Assembly (NCBI GenBank): GCA_020184695.1
Contig: JAANOX010000195.1
Coordinates: 1 to 64,000 of the forward strand
DNA: 64,000 nt
Direction of reading: 5' to 3'
Source: Histomonas meleagridis 2922-C6/04-290x
Taxonomy: Eukaryota; Protista; Parabasalia
The notes under the pieces are model-generated. The model saw only the letters and a program-made list of their open reading frames with translations. It had not been told where the DNA came from and searched no databases. How positions within the stretch are numbered: the first letter of the stretch is position 1; every line of letters starts with the position of its first letter. Positions 1 through 11,778 of this stretch are shown here, piece after piece. The position numbers and the translations under genes were made by a program.

Positions 1-940
1 GTCATCATCTATAAGGTTTTTACATAGAATTCTGCATTAGCTCGATTGCAAAGCATATTCCTTTGATTATGGATAAAGACAATTTCGGTTGTAATGTCAC
101 CGAATGTTCTTATGTGCTTTGTTTCCAATTCTAAAGAAATTGTTTTTTCTGGTATTTCCGGTGGTGGCTATAATCTTATAGTGGTTCCATACTTTGGCTG
201 AAGTTTTATTGCTGCTAGGTCACGGTGTCACTCTTATCAAATCTTCAAAATTGCTGCTGAGTATCTTTTGATTCCTGATAATATATTTACATTCTTTTGC
301 TAATGAAAGCGTTCAAGAGGTTGCTTTAAATCCCATTTGTTAGTTTTTTTTGGGAGTCCTAAAATGATTAACTTTTTAAGACTTGATTTATCATGTTAAA
401 TATAATTGTTTTGTGGGGTTTTACATTGTTTCTAGACTCTACGATAAAATTAGTTGCAGTGGCTTTGTTGAATGTGAGATATGCTGAATTTAATAATGTG
501 ATTGTTTGAAAGTTTTAATTTTGGAATTTCTAATTACAACTTTGTGACTGTATCTTTTTACTTCATTTTCGAGATTGTAAGTCAAATCGGATCTATATTT
601 GAATGTGGATGATATTGGACATTTTGGTGCCGTAAAATGACAAATTTATGTTCTTTCAATTTTTTGTGTTGCAAAAAAATTATTCCAACAAGAAAATTCA
701 TCATTTTCTTATTTTCTTTCATTAGAAAAAGAATTAAGATCTTTCTATGAATTTGATATATCGATTATATAAGGTATAATCAAATTTTTGCATCATTCAA
801 TTTCACAAAAATTTCATTATCGACTTAGTAATCATACCTCATAATGGTAATAGTTCACTCATTAAGATTGAAATTAAAATCCGTTTCATCTAATATTTAT
901 GGTTTGAAGAAAATTCTGAGACTTATGGCATAATATTTAT

Positions 941-1789
941 GTGAAGAAAGTGACATTATATTCAAACAAATTTTGTCAAGATTTGCACTCAAAATGTGGA
1001 GTCCGACTTTTGACTTCACATTATATGACGAGAAAACTTGATCCTTTATTCGATGACTTCCCTGCAGAAGAAGAAATAGAGCCCGAAGTTTTTACAGGCG
1101 ACGTTGTGAATTTCCTCGTGTTTTCTGATAAAAGTACTTGGAAAGTACATCCATGAGATATAAAGGATATCTCAATCCAAAACTGGTTGTTCAATCACGG
1201 TCGAGCGAGACGAAAGCCAGGTATATCTTAAACTTCTCTGTTGTCTAATCCAATGCTAAAGTATTTTCTGCAACAAAAGCAAAGTCGAGTCAACTTCTCC
1301 AAAGAGTCTAGAAAAGGTATTGGAATCGAACTCACTTCATTGCCGCTAATTGTTCTGCAGACCCTAATTTCTAACCGAGGAGATCACGTCTTGATGATGA
1401 ATGCACAGCACAGCTACAACTTGGAAGAACTTGCATATGACAACATATGTCTCGTCTTCACGTAACGCTTATGGAATTAGTTCTCAGTAATGACAAAGAA
1501 ATAGAGAAAGTTGGAAGACTGTTTTCTCCAAAACGAGCTTGCCAAAAACATGAAGAAGGAACACATCTATATCCATGATGTCACAAATGAGTTCCACATC
1601 ACTGTTTGCAGAAACACATGGTTCAAAGTAAGAAACAGTTGGGGCACCCCGGAGCAACTTAGAAAAGCAGAAAGTTTTCCTCTTCCTCCTGCGCCAATTA
1701 AGACCATTACTTTATGTAAGAGATATGTTTGGAAGCCAAAGCATTATTGGTTTGTTCCTGCTTCACAAGATCTCAATTGCTTATCTTAA
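941..1789 (+). pseudogene. Decayed gene of unknown family, in three ORF pieces
   Basis: Three consecutive + strand ORF pieces (941-1156, 1241-1465, 1511-1789) in a block richer in GC than its flanks, separated by stops and frameshifts. No recognisable motif. Confidence 0.4.
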
Positions 1790-1889
1790 AACTCTAATTC
1801 TATTTTGGCTTCTCTAAAATAAAATAAATGGAAAATATGAATATTTAACAAATAGAAATTAAAAAATATTTTTGTCTTTTTATTTAACT

Positions 1890-2791
1890 TCAATTATTGA
1901 TATAAGGATTCTCATCAATATTTTCCAAATCAAATTCTTTCTGTAACAAATCATCAAGTTTTTTGGTTTTATTTTTAGATATTTTGGTTGCAATTATCGT
2001 GAATATAATGAAAACTAATAAAACCATTACAATTAAAACAGGAAGTGATTCTGTATGATCTTTTCCCAAATTATTATCTACTAATTCAGAATAAATACAA
2101 AAACTTGTAATAGTTATTTCCAATATGGTATTTTTACTATCATCAGGTAATACAAGATTATTCAAATCTTTGATTGTTGGAACTATTAAAGTTTCAACTT
2201 GTGATACATCTATTGATAAAATATTTGTAAATATGTTATTTGAAAGATATAAATTTTTTACATTTATACTTGTAGATGCACCGAAAAATAAACAAGCATT
2301 TATGATTGAAAGATTATATACATTTATAAATGTTTTAGAATTAATATAAAAATTAATTTCTTTTCTATATGAACTATTATAATAAATTATAGCACTTGAA
2401 TTATCTATGAAAGTTTTACGAAGTAATCTAATGAAAGAATAGAATTATCAAAAACAAAAAGATATATTGGTTGATATGAAGTATCTGTGATTTCTGTTGT
2501 TGCATAGTGATATTTAAATTCATATCCATATTTTTCAAATTGAAATGGTCGATCATTTATAAATTTGGTCTTAAATCCATATGTATTTTCTCCTGTTGTA
2601 TTAAATGTGTAATCATCATTAAAATATATGGAATGATTATCTATATAATTGGTATCAGTTGTTACATTATCTAATGAAATTTGAGTAAGTTGAAGTGGGA
2701 AATATCCCTTTTTGAATGAAAATGTGCAAGGATTTGTTGAAGACACATCTATGTAATACTCATTATTAGGATCTGATAGAGAATTATCTAC
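1890..2791 (-). pseudogene. 5'-truncated single-pass membrane protein with one frameshift
   Basis: ORF 2405-2746 is open up to about 2791. A -1 shift at about 2407 joins it to a frame open through 1890 (DNSSAIIYYN...IKDLNNLV...). That frame ends in a TM helix (LPVLIVMVLLVFIIFTIIA) and an acidic tail ending NPY. No start codon found. Confidence 0.55.
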
Positions 2792-2794
2792 TCA

Positions 2795-3120
2795 AGGTAA
2801 AGATGGAAATACTTTAGAAACTGTCAATAGCACTTTTATAATTACATGTTGATCTTGTGATTTTACTAAAAGGTTCAAACATTAATATTTTAGATCCCGA
2901 AGGAAATACACAATTAATTATTAAATTATGTGCAGCATAACCATTTCAAAGGGATAAATTTGATTTATTAATCGAACATAAATGTGATATAAATATTAAA
3001 AATGAAGGAAAAATTCCGATTTCAATTTTATTACAAAGGAAATTATATAATGAAGCAACAGTTTTATTTGACATGAATTGTATAATTAATTATCCAAATT
3101 TAAAATTAAGTGAAATTTAA
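2795..3120 (+). pseudogene. Ankyrin-repeat gene remnant
   Basis: Manual translation: QGKDGNT..., GSNINILDPEGNTQL..., LLIEHKCDINIKNEGKIPI..., with an internal stop and a frameshift. Confidence 0.5.
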
Positions 3121-3246
3121 AATTAAACTTCATTGATTATATGAAAGTACGTTCAGACTTACAATTGGAAATGTCTTTAAAATGAATCTATTTGTGTTGA
3201 GGTTAATTAAAAATCGAAATTCCATTTTTATTTAATGTCATTTTAC

Positions 3247-3582
3247 TCATTCTTTTTCCTTGATCATTTTAAGTATTTCAGATTCACCTGCATCAATGAT
3301 TGTGATAACTGATGAACGGAAATACTTACCACAAGCTGTTCCAAGATCGACATTATCGCCATCAAAAGGAAGAATATCGCATTGGCTAAGCATGGCATAG
3401 TATTCGATGAGGGATTTTTGTGATGGAGCAATGTTTGATGCGAAGATAACAAGTTTGGCTTGACCTGAACGGAGTGTTCTTAATGTCTGTTCAATGCCAA
3501 GGCTGTATTTTCCGGATTTAGTAACGAGACTGAGGCTGCTAATGATTGATTCACGAGCTTTGGTTATATTCTTCCGTCCCAT
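3247..3582 (-). CDS. RPL30: 60S ribosomal protein L30 (eL30)
   Basis: KSGKYSLGIEQTLRTLRSGQAKLVIFASN, IEYYAMLS, LGTACGKYFR and IIDAGESEI match eL30 motifs. Confidence 0.96.
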   Translation of the reverse strand: MGRKNITKARESIISSLSLVTKSGKYSLGIEQTLRTLRSGQAKLVIFASNIAPSQKSLIEYYAMLSQCDILPFDGDNVDLGTACGKYFRSSVITIIDAGESEILKMIKEKE

Positions 3583-3588
3583 TTTCAG

Positions 3589-3614
3589 AAAGGTAAGACC
3601 ATGTCATAACCGTT
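3589..3614 (-). promoter_or_regulatory. M3 (AACGGTT) plus M5 (CCTTT) core promoter of RPL30
   Basis: On the minus strand, AACGGTT (3614-3608) is followed by CCTTT (3593-3589) just upstream of the ATG. This matches the M3/M5 arrangement described for Trichomonas ribosomal-protein promoters. Confidence 0.65.
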
Positions 3615-3703
3615 GTTGAAGATTAAATATTCTACACAAAAGTGACTGATAGGGTAAAATTTACTAAACGATACCTATCGTCAACTTGGTGTGGACAATT
3701 CCA

Positions 3704-4777
3704 ATGCTAAATTTTTTGCTTTTTCTTCAGATAAATCCCAATAAAACAATATCAAACACCACGTTACCTATTCTCTCTCTATTCTTCAGTAGCAGCCACA
3801 CAATAAACAATGATATATTTAATGCTTGGAATAATATTTCGGATCAATATAAAGATATTCCTGAAATATTAATCACCAAAATTGATTGTGATACAAATAC
3901 AGATTTATGTAATAAATACAATATCCAGTCTTTACCATCCATATTTAAAATAAATAATATTTCAACCACACAAATTAATATTAGCGAAATAAGTTTTCCT
4001 CTTCTTAAAATGGAAGCTGAAAATTTGATTTATTTTAACAAAACAAAATGTAAATATTTTTCACCTGAAAATACGAAAATTGATTTCCCTGTTTATGTAA
4101 TAAATTGGGATAAAAGGCTTTGTAATTACATTGACAACCTACGCATCCAGTTTCCAGGTATGAGAGCACGTTTTTACAGAGGTCAATATTCAAAAAATTT
4201 TTCGATGTACGTATATCTTAACCCAAAAACAAAAGTTCGTTACAATGGAGATTCCAACACACGTTTTATGGCTAGGTTTATTTTCGAGTATTCATTTGTA
4301 ATGTTTGGGAATTGGAATCCAATCGAATATTTGAAAACAATTCATCGCAATATTATTTTTATTGCATACAAAAATGAAAGCATTCTTAATGATTTACGTG
4401 ATTATCTTTTTGAATTCGAGTCAAACATTGCTTTTGGAAAAATTCACATTGACAAACTCAATGCCGAATTTCCATATTTAAACTTAAACTCGGACTCAAT
4501 CGGCGTAATAAGTAGAAACAGAGAAAAGTTTAATATTTTCCCATATCAGTCACCTCAAGATTTTGTTGATTTGGTTAATAAGATAAAATTCAATTCTTAT
4601 CGTGACTTCAAATATAATGTCAAACAAAAAGAAATGGACTATGAGTTAAGGAGATCATTGAATTATCTTGCATTCGCTTGTTTTGTTATTATAATAACAT
4701 TTTTTGCGATATATGTTGAAGCATCGAAATGTATTAATTATGAATACAAACATCCATATGCGCTTTCATCATTGTAA
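3704..4777 (+). CDS. Thioredoxin-like-domain type I membrane protein (no CxxC)
   Basis: N-terminal hydrophobic leader, Trx-like segment (ITKIDCDTNTDLCNKYNIQSLPSI) and C-terminal TM helix. First ATG at 3704. Confidence 0.65.
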   Translation: MLNFLLFLQINPNKTISNTTLPILSLFFSSSHTINNDIFNAWNNISDQYKDIPEILITKIDCDTNTDLCNKYNIQSLPSIFKINNISTTQINISEISFPLLKMEAENLIYFNKTKCKYFSPENTKIDFPVYVINWDKRLCNYIDNLRIQFPGMRARFYRGQYSKNFSMYVYLNPKTKVRYNGDSNTRFMARFIFEYSFVMFGNWNPIEYLKTIHRNIIFIAYKNESILNDLRDYLFEFESNIAFGKIHIDKLNAEFPYLNLNSDSIGVISRNREKFNIFPYQSPQDFVDLVNKIKFNSYRDFKYNVKQKEMDYELRRSLNYLAFACFVIIITFFAIYVEASKCINYEYKHPYALSSL

Positions 4778-4923
4778 TTTTAAATATATGAATTATGTAA
4801 ATAAAAATTGTATTTTAAGTTTGTTTTAATCAATTAGAAAAGTATTTATTTCAATTCACATGTCATGTTTTTGAATAGAGACGATTAAAATGAATTGGAA
4901 AAAATATTTTTTTAGATTTTGAT

Positions 4924-5502
4924 TTAACAGCACTTAGTTGTGTTCGTTTCTGTTTGGCTTTCTTCAATGGCAATCTCATCTTCAAGTTCACTTTCAAAAT
5001 GAAGACCTGGAATCATGGCTGCACGTGTAAATAAATCAGTTATACCCATTCCTGTTTTAGCCGAAACCTCAATGTAGAAATCAGCTTCTATTTCCAGAGC
5101 GTATCTCTCTCCTTCTTCTTCGGAAACAGCTCTTTCGCTTGTAAGATCTGATTTATTTCCGATAAGAATAAACTTTACATAATCTGGTGCTCGATCTTGA
5201 AGGAGCTTAACAAAATTTCCAATCTGTTTTAAGGATTCTTCGCTAGTTATATCAAATACAAGGAAGGCGAGAGCAGCACCTGCAAAATACATTGGAGCCA
5301 GCGAGCGGTATCTTTCTTGTCCAGCTGTATCCCATACATTAAAATCAACTTTACCTTCTCCTGTATCAATTTCAATTCTGCAATTGGCAGCACCAACTGT
5401 TGCCTCCTCACCCTCAATAAAAGTATCGTCTACAATTCGAGAAATAATACTTGTTTTACCTACGCCTGCGTCACCAGCAAAAACTGCCTTTACTTTCCTC
5501 AT
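4924..5502 (-). CDS. Rab-family small GTPase
   Basis: GDAGVGKT, WDTAGQERY, NKSD and EVSAK motifs, C-terminal CC prenylation site. ATG at 5502. Confidence 0.95.
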   Translation of the reverse strand: MRKVKAVFAGDAGVGKTSIISRIVDDTFIEGEEATVGAANCRIEIDTGEGKVDFNVWDTAGQERYRSLAPMYFAGAALAFLVFDITSEESLKQIGNFVKLLQDRAPDYVKFILIGNKSDLTSERAVSEEEGERYALEIEADFYIEVSAKTGMGITDLFTRAAMIPGLHFESELEDEIAIEESQTETNTTKCC

Positions 5503-5825
5503 TTGGATTTTTCTGTTCACATTTTGAATGATAAAAACGGTTTAAATTTAGCCGAACATTTGAAAAAAATGCATTTTATAAAAAAATAAAGTCTTCTTCC
5601 AATTTACCTAACTGTATAAAATTTTAAATCTGTATCAGTGTTTCTGGGTATAAAAATTTATCTATGTAGTTAGCATACATTTTTTAGAAAAATTAATTTA
5701 TGCATTTGATTTCAAAAATATTGTTCAAAAATTAGATAATTTTTATGAAACATATAAAGGAATACCAAAACAAAAATTTATTGAAAATAGCACCAAAAAA
5801 ATTCGTATTATATAAACATTTATTT

Positions 5826-7055
5826 TCAAGAACCGATTTGTATGTACATATTTTCTTTACCTTTTCGATACATATGTAAAGAGAAAGCTAAACATGCTAA
5901 ATAAATATAGTTTCGCAAAAAAATTTGAGTTTCTGAATAAATATATTCTCCGCTAAATAAACAAAATACACCTGAATACATTGTAGCATAAAAAGTAAAA
6001 ACAACTTCTATCCCCAAAAAAACCAATAACCTAACTTCTTGTTCTTTGCAAAATTCGGGAATTTCTCTGATGAAGACCGTTAAGATAACGATGGAATAAA
6101 AAGTGTCAAAAAGAAAGAGGAAAAATTCTGAAACCAGAAATGGTGTTTCGAAATCAGTTGTTCTCATATATGAAGATCTTTTATGAGATGAGTCAAACAG
6201 GGCTAAGCCGTATAAAAAGAAAAACGTATAAATAATAATCTTAATCGATTTCGAAAAATACTTCTTTTTAAAAAGAGAAATAAGCTCACTCAGTACGAGC
6301 AAACGAAAGCCAGTCAGGAAAGCACTGTTTGCAAGTTCGTTTAAAGCATGTATTTTTGAAATATCATTCCATGGAATCAAAGAAAGAACTCCACAAACGC
6401 CCAAAGCAAACAAAAAAGGCTGGGATTTTATCTTGAAGTTGTATGAAATTAAAAAACTAAAAAACGAATATAATGTCACAATTAATACTAATATTCTACA
6501 GGATGAATAGTGTGTTTCAGAGTCTAAGTTGACGTGGTACGAAAAGAATTCGATTTCCGAAATTTTTTTCAATGGGCCATTAATTTTGATGTCGAGATTA
6601 ATTGATTGAATGTCTTTTTCATTTGTATAAAATATTGTAAATGGTGTTGTTTTATCAAAGAAATTAAATTCTTTGCTGAACTTTATGATTTCCTTTTTAT
6701 TTTCATTATTAGTTGATGATATAGAAAATAGAAATTTTAAAGATTCGATCGTTTTGTAAATATCGGCTTTAGCTAAAACACATTTTGTATAGATAAAGCG
6801 ATGACCTTGAACATATACATAAGATAGATTTAATACAATATTATTTTTGTTAAATGAAGGTTCAATTTCAAAAAAATCCTTCTCTCGAGAGACTGTTGAT
6901 GGAGTAGTATAATATGAAAAAATATGGAAAGAGACTAATAAAAAGAATTGAAATAATGTTGAAACATAATTGCAAGTAGAAGTCGTATCCATTAGAAAAT
7001 TGTGTGTTTCTGTTTGAGTATTTCTGATTCTTAATAATCCTTTCCTTGAAAACAT
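5826..7055 (-). CDS. Multi-pass membrane protein (possibly Wntless/TMEM181-like)
   Basis: 409-aa ORF with one N-terminal TM, a lumenal domain and 6-7 C-terminal hydrophobic segments. Family assignment is by architecture only. Confidence 0.6.
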   Translation of the reverse strand: MFSRKGLLRIRNTQTETHNFLMDTTSTCNYVSTLFQFFLLVSFHIFSYYTTPSTVSREKDFFEIEPSFNKNNIVLNLSYVYVQGHRFIYTKCVLAKADIYKTIESLKFLFSISSTNNENKKEIIKFSKEFNFFDKTTPFTIFYTNEKDIQSINLDIKINGPLKKISEIEFFSYHVNLDSETHYSSCRILVLIVTLYSFFSFLISYNFKIKSQPFLFALGVCGVLSLIPWNDISKIHALNELANSAFLTGFRLLVLSELISLFKKKYFSKSIKIIIYTFFFLYGLALFDSSHKRSSYMRTTDFETPFLVSEFFLFLFDTFYSIVILTVFIREIPEFCKEQEVRLLVFLGIEVVFTFYATMYSGVFCLFSGEYIYSETQIFLRNYIYLACLAFSLHMYRKGKENMYIQIGS

Positions 7056-7155
7056 AAAGAATTTGCAGAACCAGAAATGAATTTAAAACCGTTTTATTTC
7101 TGATGTTAGCAAAAAGTGTCAGGTGGATTCACAACATTTTTTATTAAACGAAACC

Positions 7156-10100
7156 ATGGAAAACAGTTCTAATGAAGAAAACTCGACAAATACCGAAAAA
7201 GAAGTTGATAGCTTTAATTCCGCATATACAAAATTACTTATTTCACTTGAACAAATCATATTTAAATTATCTGAAGAAAATCTTGAAACTTCAATTCAAG
7301 AAATATTGAATTTATATGATACGAATTTTCCATGTTCATTTAATATTGTCATTGTTCATATGGTTTACACTGCATTTTATTCACAAAAGAATGTAAATAA
7401 TTTTTATATAAATTTTTTAGAAATTATTCAATCCAAAGAAGAAGAAATTGACAAAAACAATGTAAATATATTTAAGATATTTGAGAAATTCTTATATCGA
7501 AACACAACGCAAGAAGCATATTATTTAATATTTAAAATGCTTCAACATAATTTAATTAGTCCTGATATTATTAAAAACAATGAATCGTTATATTTTGCAT
7601 ATTTAAAACCTAATTTAAATATTAATCGAATGTATTATACCTTAATAGTGAATGACTTTCAAAAGAACTATGAAGAACTTAAAAAGAATGATTGGGAACT
7701 CCATAAAAAACTCATTGAAGAAGGAGTTAATCCGAATGAAATTGCGACAATAATTCGAAATGATGACATCGAAAAACTTCAAGAAATATCAACACAACAT
7801 GATTTTAATTTTAATCAAACAATTGCACCATCACTTTATGAAAGATATTCTTTTATTCAATATGATACTACACTAATTAATTATGCAGCATTTTTTTCTT
7901 CAATAAAATGTTTTAAATATTTACTTATGAATAATTCAAATGTAAATAATACGGGTAAATATGCTATCGCAGGTGGAAACATTGAAATCATTCATTTATG
8001 TGAACAAAATCATTCATCATTTGATGGTACATATGAAACAGCAATTAAATTCCATCGAAATGATATCTTTAAATATCTTTATGAAAATAAAATCGTTGAA
8101 ATTGACGATTTAGAAAATTTCGGAAAGAAATGTATCTCATTTTATAACTATGAAATCTTTATATATTTACTCGAAAAAGGTATGAAAATCAATGATAATA
8201 TCATTAACTATTCAGCAAAAATCGGAAATTTATATCTTGTTAAACATTTCCTACAAAATCATAAAATACCAAAAGATTTATTATTAAATTCTGTGCAATT
8301 TGATAATTTCGAACTTACTAAATACGTTCTAAAACAAGATGGAATTGATATTAATGCTAAAGATATCTTTTTGTTATATATAATATTTAATTTAATGATT
8401 TTATATTTTAAGTTTTTGTTTGGAAATCTTTTTAAGTATTTGAAACAGCACTTATTTGTGCATCTAGAAATAATAACATGAAAGTTGTTCAATTACTTCT
8501 TAAACAAGATGGAATTGATATTAATGCTAAGTCTATTTATTTATTTTGTTTAATATTTATAGTAATGATTTAATAATTCAAAATAATATTTAAAAATTAT
8601 TTATATTATTTGAAACACCATTAATTGTTGCATCTGAAAATGGTCATTTGGAAATAGTTAAAATACTTCTCGAGCAAAAAGGAATTAACATTAATGCTAA
8701 AGGTATTGTTTATTTGGAATATAATTTGGAGATAATTTATATTATTTAGAACTGCATTAATATTAGCAACTGATAATAATCATCTAAATGTAGTTAAGTT
8801 ACTTCTTGAACAAGAAGGAATTAATGTTAATGATAAAGCAGCTTTTTTATATAATTTAATTTTGGTTAATAATATTTGGAAATCATTTTTTTTATTATTT
8901 TCAGCACTTATAATTGCAATTAGAAATAAAAACATTAATATAGTTAAATTACTTCTTGAACATAAAGGAATTAAAGTTAATAGTAAAGATATATGTTCTG
9001 ATTCATTTCTTGTTTATTTTAATTATTTTGGGTTTTGAAATGATATTTGGAAATTCTTTAAATCATTTAATCCAATAATTTCTCTTGCAGCTGAGAGTGG
9101 AAAAATCGAAATATTTAAGTTAATTCTTAATTATCCTGGAATTAATATTAATATTAGAGGTGTTTATTTGTTTTATTTCGTGATTTTTTAGATAAATTGA
9201 AGTTTTATTGTAATATTTGGAAATTATTTTAATTATTTTATACAACGCTTATGTATGTAACAAATATTGAAGTATTAAATTTACTTCTTGAACAAAAAGG
9301 TATTGATATAAATGCTAAAAATGTATATATATTTTGTATAAAATTTGTTTAAATATTTTGAAATTTCATAGTAATATATGGAAATTATTTAAAGTATTTG
9401 ATACAGCACTTATGAGATTTATTAATTATGGAAGAATTAATTTCGTTAAAATACTTCTTCAACAAGAAGGAATTGATGTTAATATTAAAAACATTTATTT
9501 ATTTTATACAAAATTTATTTAAATATTTTAAAATTTAAAAATAAAATTTGGAAATTATTTTATTTGTTTGCAACAGCACTTATATTTGCCGTTAAATTGA
9601 AGCGATTGGATGTAATTGAGTTACTTCTTAATAAAGAAGGAATTGATGTTAATGCTAAAACTATTTATTTGTTATATATAAAATTTATTCAAAAGTTTTG
9701 GAATACCAAAATAAAATTTGGAAATTATTTACATTATTTAAAACTGCACTTATGTTTGCAGCTGAAGAAAATTTGGTTGAAATCTTCAAACTACTTCTTG
9801 AACAAGAAAGTATTTCTATTAATTCTAAATCAGTTTATTTATTATATAAATTATTTATATTAATTATTTCATATTTCAAAAAAATATTTGGAAATTACTT
9901 TAAATATTTAACACAGCACTTATTTATGCATCAGAAAAAGGTAACATAGAAATAGTCAAATTACTTCTCGAAAGAGAAAGAATTAATATCAATGCAAAAG
10001 GTGTTTGTTTTAACTGTTTGAAAGCATTTCAATATAACATTTGGAATTTGTATAAATTATTGTATACAGCACTTATTTTAGCAGCGAAAAATGGTCATAA

Positions 10101-11778
10101 TGAAATAGTTAAAATGCTTCTTGAAAAAGAAGGAATTGAAGTTAATGCAAAAGATATTTATATGTTTTACATAAAATTTGTTATAATGATTTTATATTTC
10201 AAAATAATATTCGGAAATTACTTCAAATATTTGATACAGCACTTATTTATGCAACTGAAAATTCGAATGTTGAAGTTGTTGATTTACTTCTTAAACAAAA
10301 AGGAATTGATGTTAATATAAAAGATATTTATATATTACATATGAAATTTATTTTAATGTTTTGAAGTTTTAATTTAATATTTGGAATTGATTTAATGTAT
10401 TTAACACAGCATTTTTGTGCGCTGTTGAAAAAGGTAATACAGAAATAATCAAATTACTTGCTGAACAAGGAGGAATTGATGAGATTTCGAATGAAATATA
10501 TTAAAATAATTTAAAATTTATTTTGATAATTTATTATTTCAAAATAATAATTAAAGTATTTAAAAATTATTTGAAGCTGAATTTATATATGAATCTTCAA
10601 AAGGTCATCTTGACAAAGTTAAATCAATTCTTGAAAGCGAAAGTATTAATATCAATGCAAAAGGAGTAAATTCATCAAATTTAAAATTAAATTTAATAAT
10701 TTGATATTTCAACTTAATATTTGGAAATTATATAAATTATTTAAAACAGCACTTATGTTAGCATCAAGAAATAATAGAAAAGAAATTGTTAAATTACTTC
10801 TTGAACAAGAAGGAATTGAAATTAATGCTATAGATGTTTAAATGTTTTGTTTAATATTTATTTTGATATTTTGGAATTAATATAAAATATTTGGAATTAA
10901 TTAAATTGATTTCGAACTGCACTTATGTATGCAGCTGAAAATGGTGGGAAAGAAATAGTAAATATATTACTTGAACAAGAAGGAATTGATATTAATGCAC
11001 AAGATATTTATATATTTTATACGATATATATTTCATTGATATAATATTTCGAAATAATATTTGGAAATTATTTATATTATTTTATACAGCACTTATAAAT
11101 GCATCTGAAAAGAGTTATATTGATATAGTTAAATTACTTCTTGAACAAGAAGGAATTGATATTAATGCTAAAGATGTTTAAATGTTTTGTTTAATGTTTG
11201 TTTTGATAATTTGATATTTATATTAAAAATTTGGAATTTTTTTCGATTATTTTATACAGCACTTATGTGGGCAATTGAAAGTAACAATGATAATTTAGTT
11301 AAATTACTTCTTGGACAAGAAGAAATTGATGTTAATGCGAAAGATAAAATTTATTTATATCATTTGAAATTTATGAAAAACATTTGGAAATCATTTAAAA
11401 TATTTAACACTGCACTTATTATAGCATGTATATATAGATTTTATTCTATTGCTGAATTACTTGTTGAAAAAGAAGGAATTGATATTAACGCACAAAATTT
11501 TTGTTGTTTTTGTTTAAAATTTATTTTAAGAATTCAAAATTTCAAAACATAATTTGGTGATTATTAAATATATTTAAAACAGCACTTATGATCGCATCAG
11601 AAAATAGCTATTCTGATATTATAGATTTACTTCTTAAACAAAAAGATATCGATGTAAATATTAAAGATATTTATTAGTTTTGTTTAAAATTTATTATTGT
11701 TATTTTGGGTTTAATTTAAACATTTGGAATTTATTTAAATTATTTAATGTTGCAATTATATCCATATATGAAAATTAG
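7156..11778 (+). CDS. DUF3447-type ankyrin-repeat protein whose ankyrin array is interrupted by 21 spacers
   Basis: 7156-8367 encodes the typical N-terminus (IIRNDDIEKLQ, TLINYAAFFSSIKCFKYL, AIAGGNIEIIHL). It is followed by 20 stop-free ankyrin modules (F-x-TAL...IVKLLLEQEGIDINAKDI) and a final partial module ending in TAG at 11776-11778. Joined length would be about 1070 aa. Confidence 0.75.
8368..11742 (+). repeat. About 170-bp period array: 99-nt ankyrin module plus 71-nt AT-rich spacer
   Basis: 21 spacers measured by hand: 71 nt x16, plus 37, 51, 72, 54 and 54 nt. Modules are 99 nt (one is 90 nt). Confidence 0.92.

Noticed and set aside
60-350. Possible decayed MFS transporter fragment (GISGGGYNLIVVPY..AE)
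   Set aside because: Only a weak motif echo across several stops and shifts, too little to support a call.
9334-11552. Listed ORFs 9334, 9564, 9698, 10018 and 11187 as separate genes
   Set aside because: They are windows onto the interrupted ankyrin array, each mixing one or two modules with spacer read-through.
8368-11742. Ankyrin spacers as ordinary GT-AG introns using ACAG from the ACA-GCA codons as acceptor
   Set aside because: Most spacers have no GT donor, several modules read ACT-GCA or CCA instead, and the phases would not restore the frame.
8368-11742. Spacer lengths as n x 17 + 3 (71, 54, 37)
   Set aside because: The internal periodicity seen is 20 nt, and the 51- and 72-nt spacers do not fit, so this is probably coincidence.
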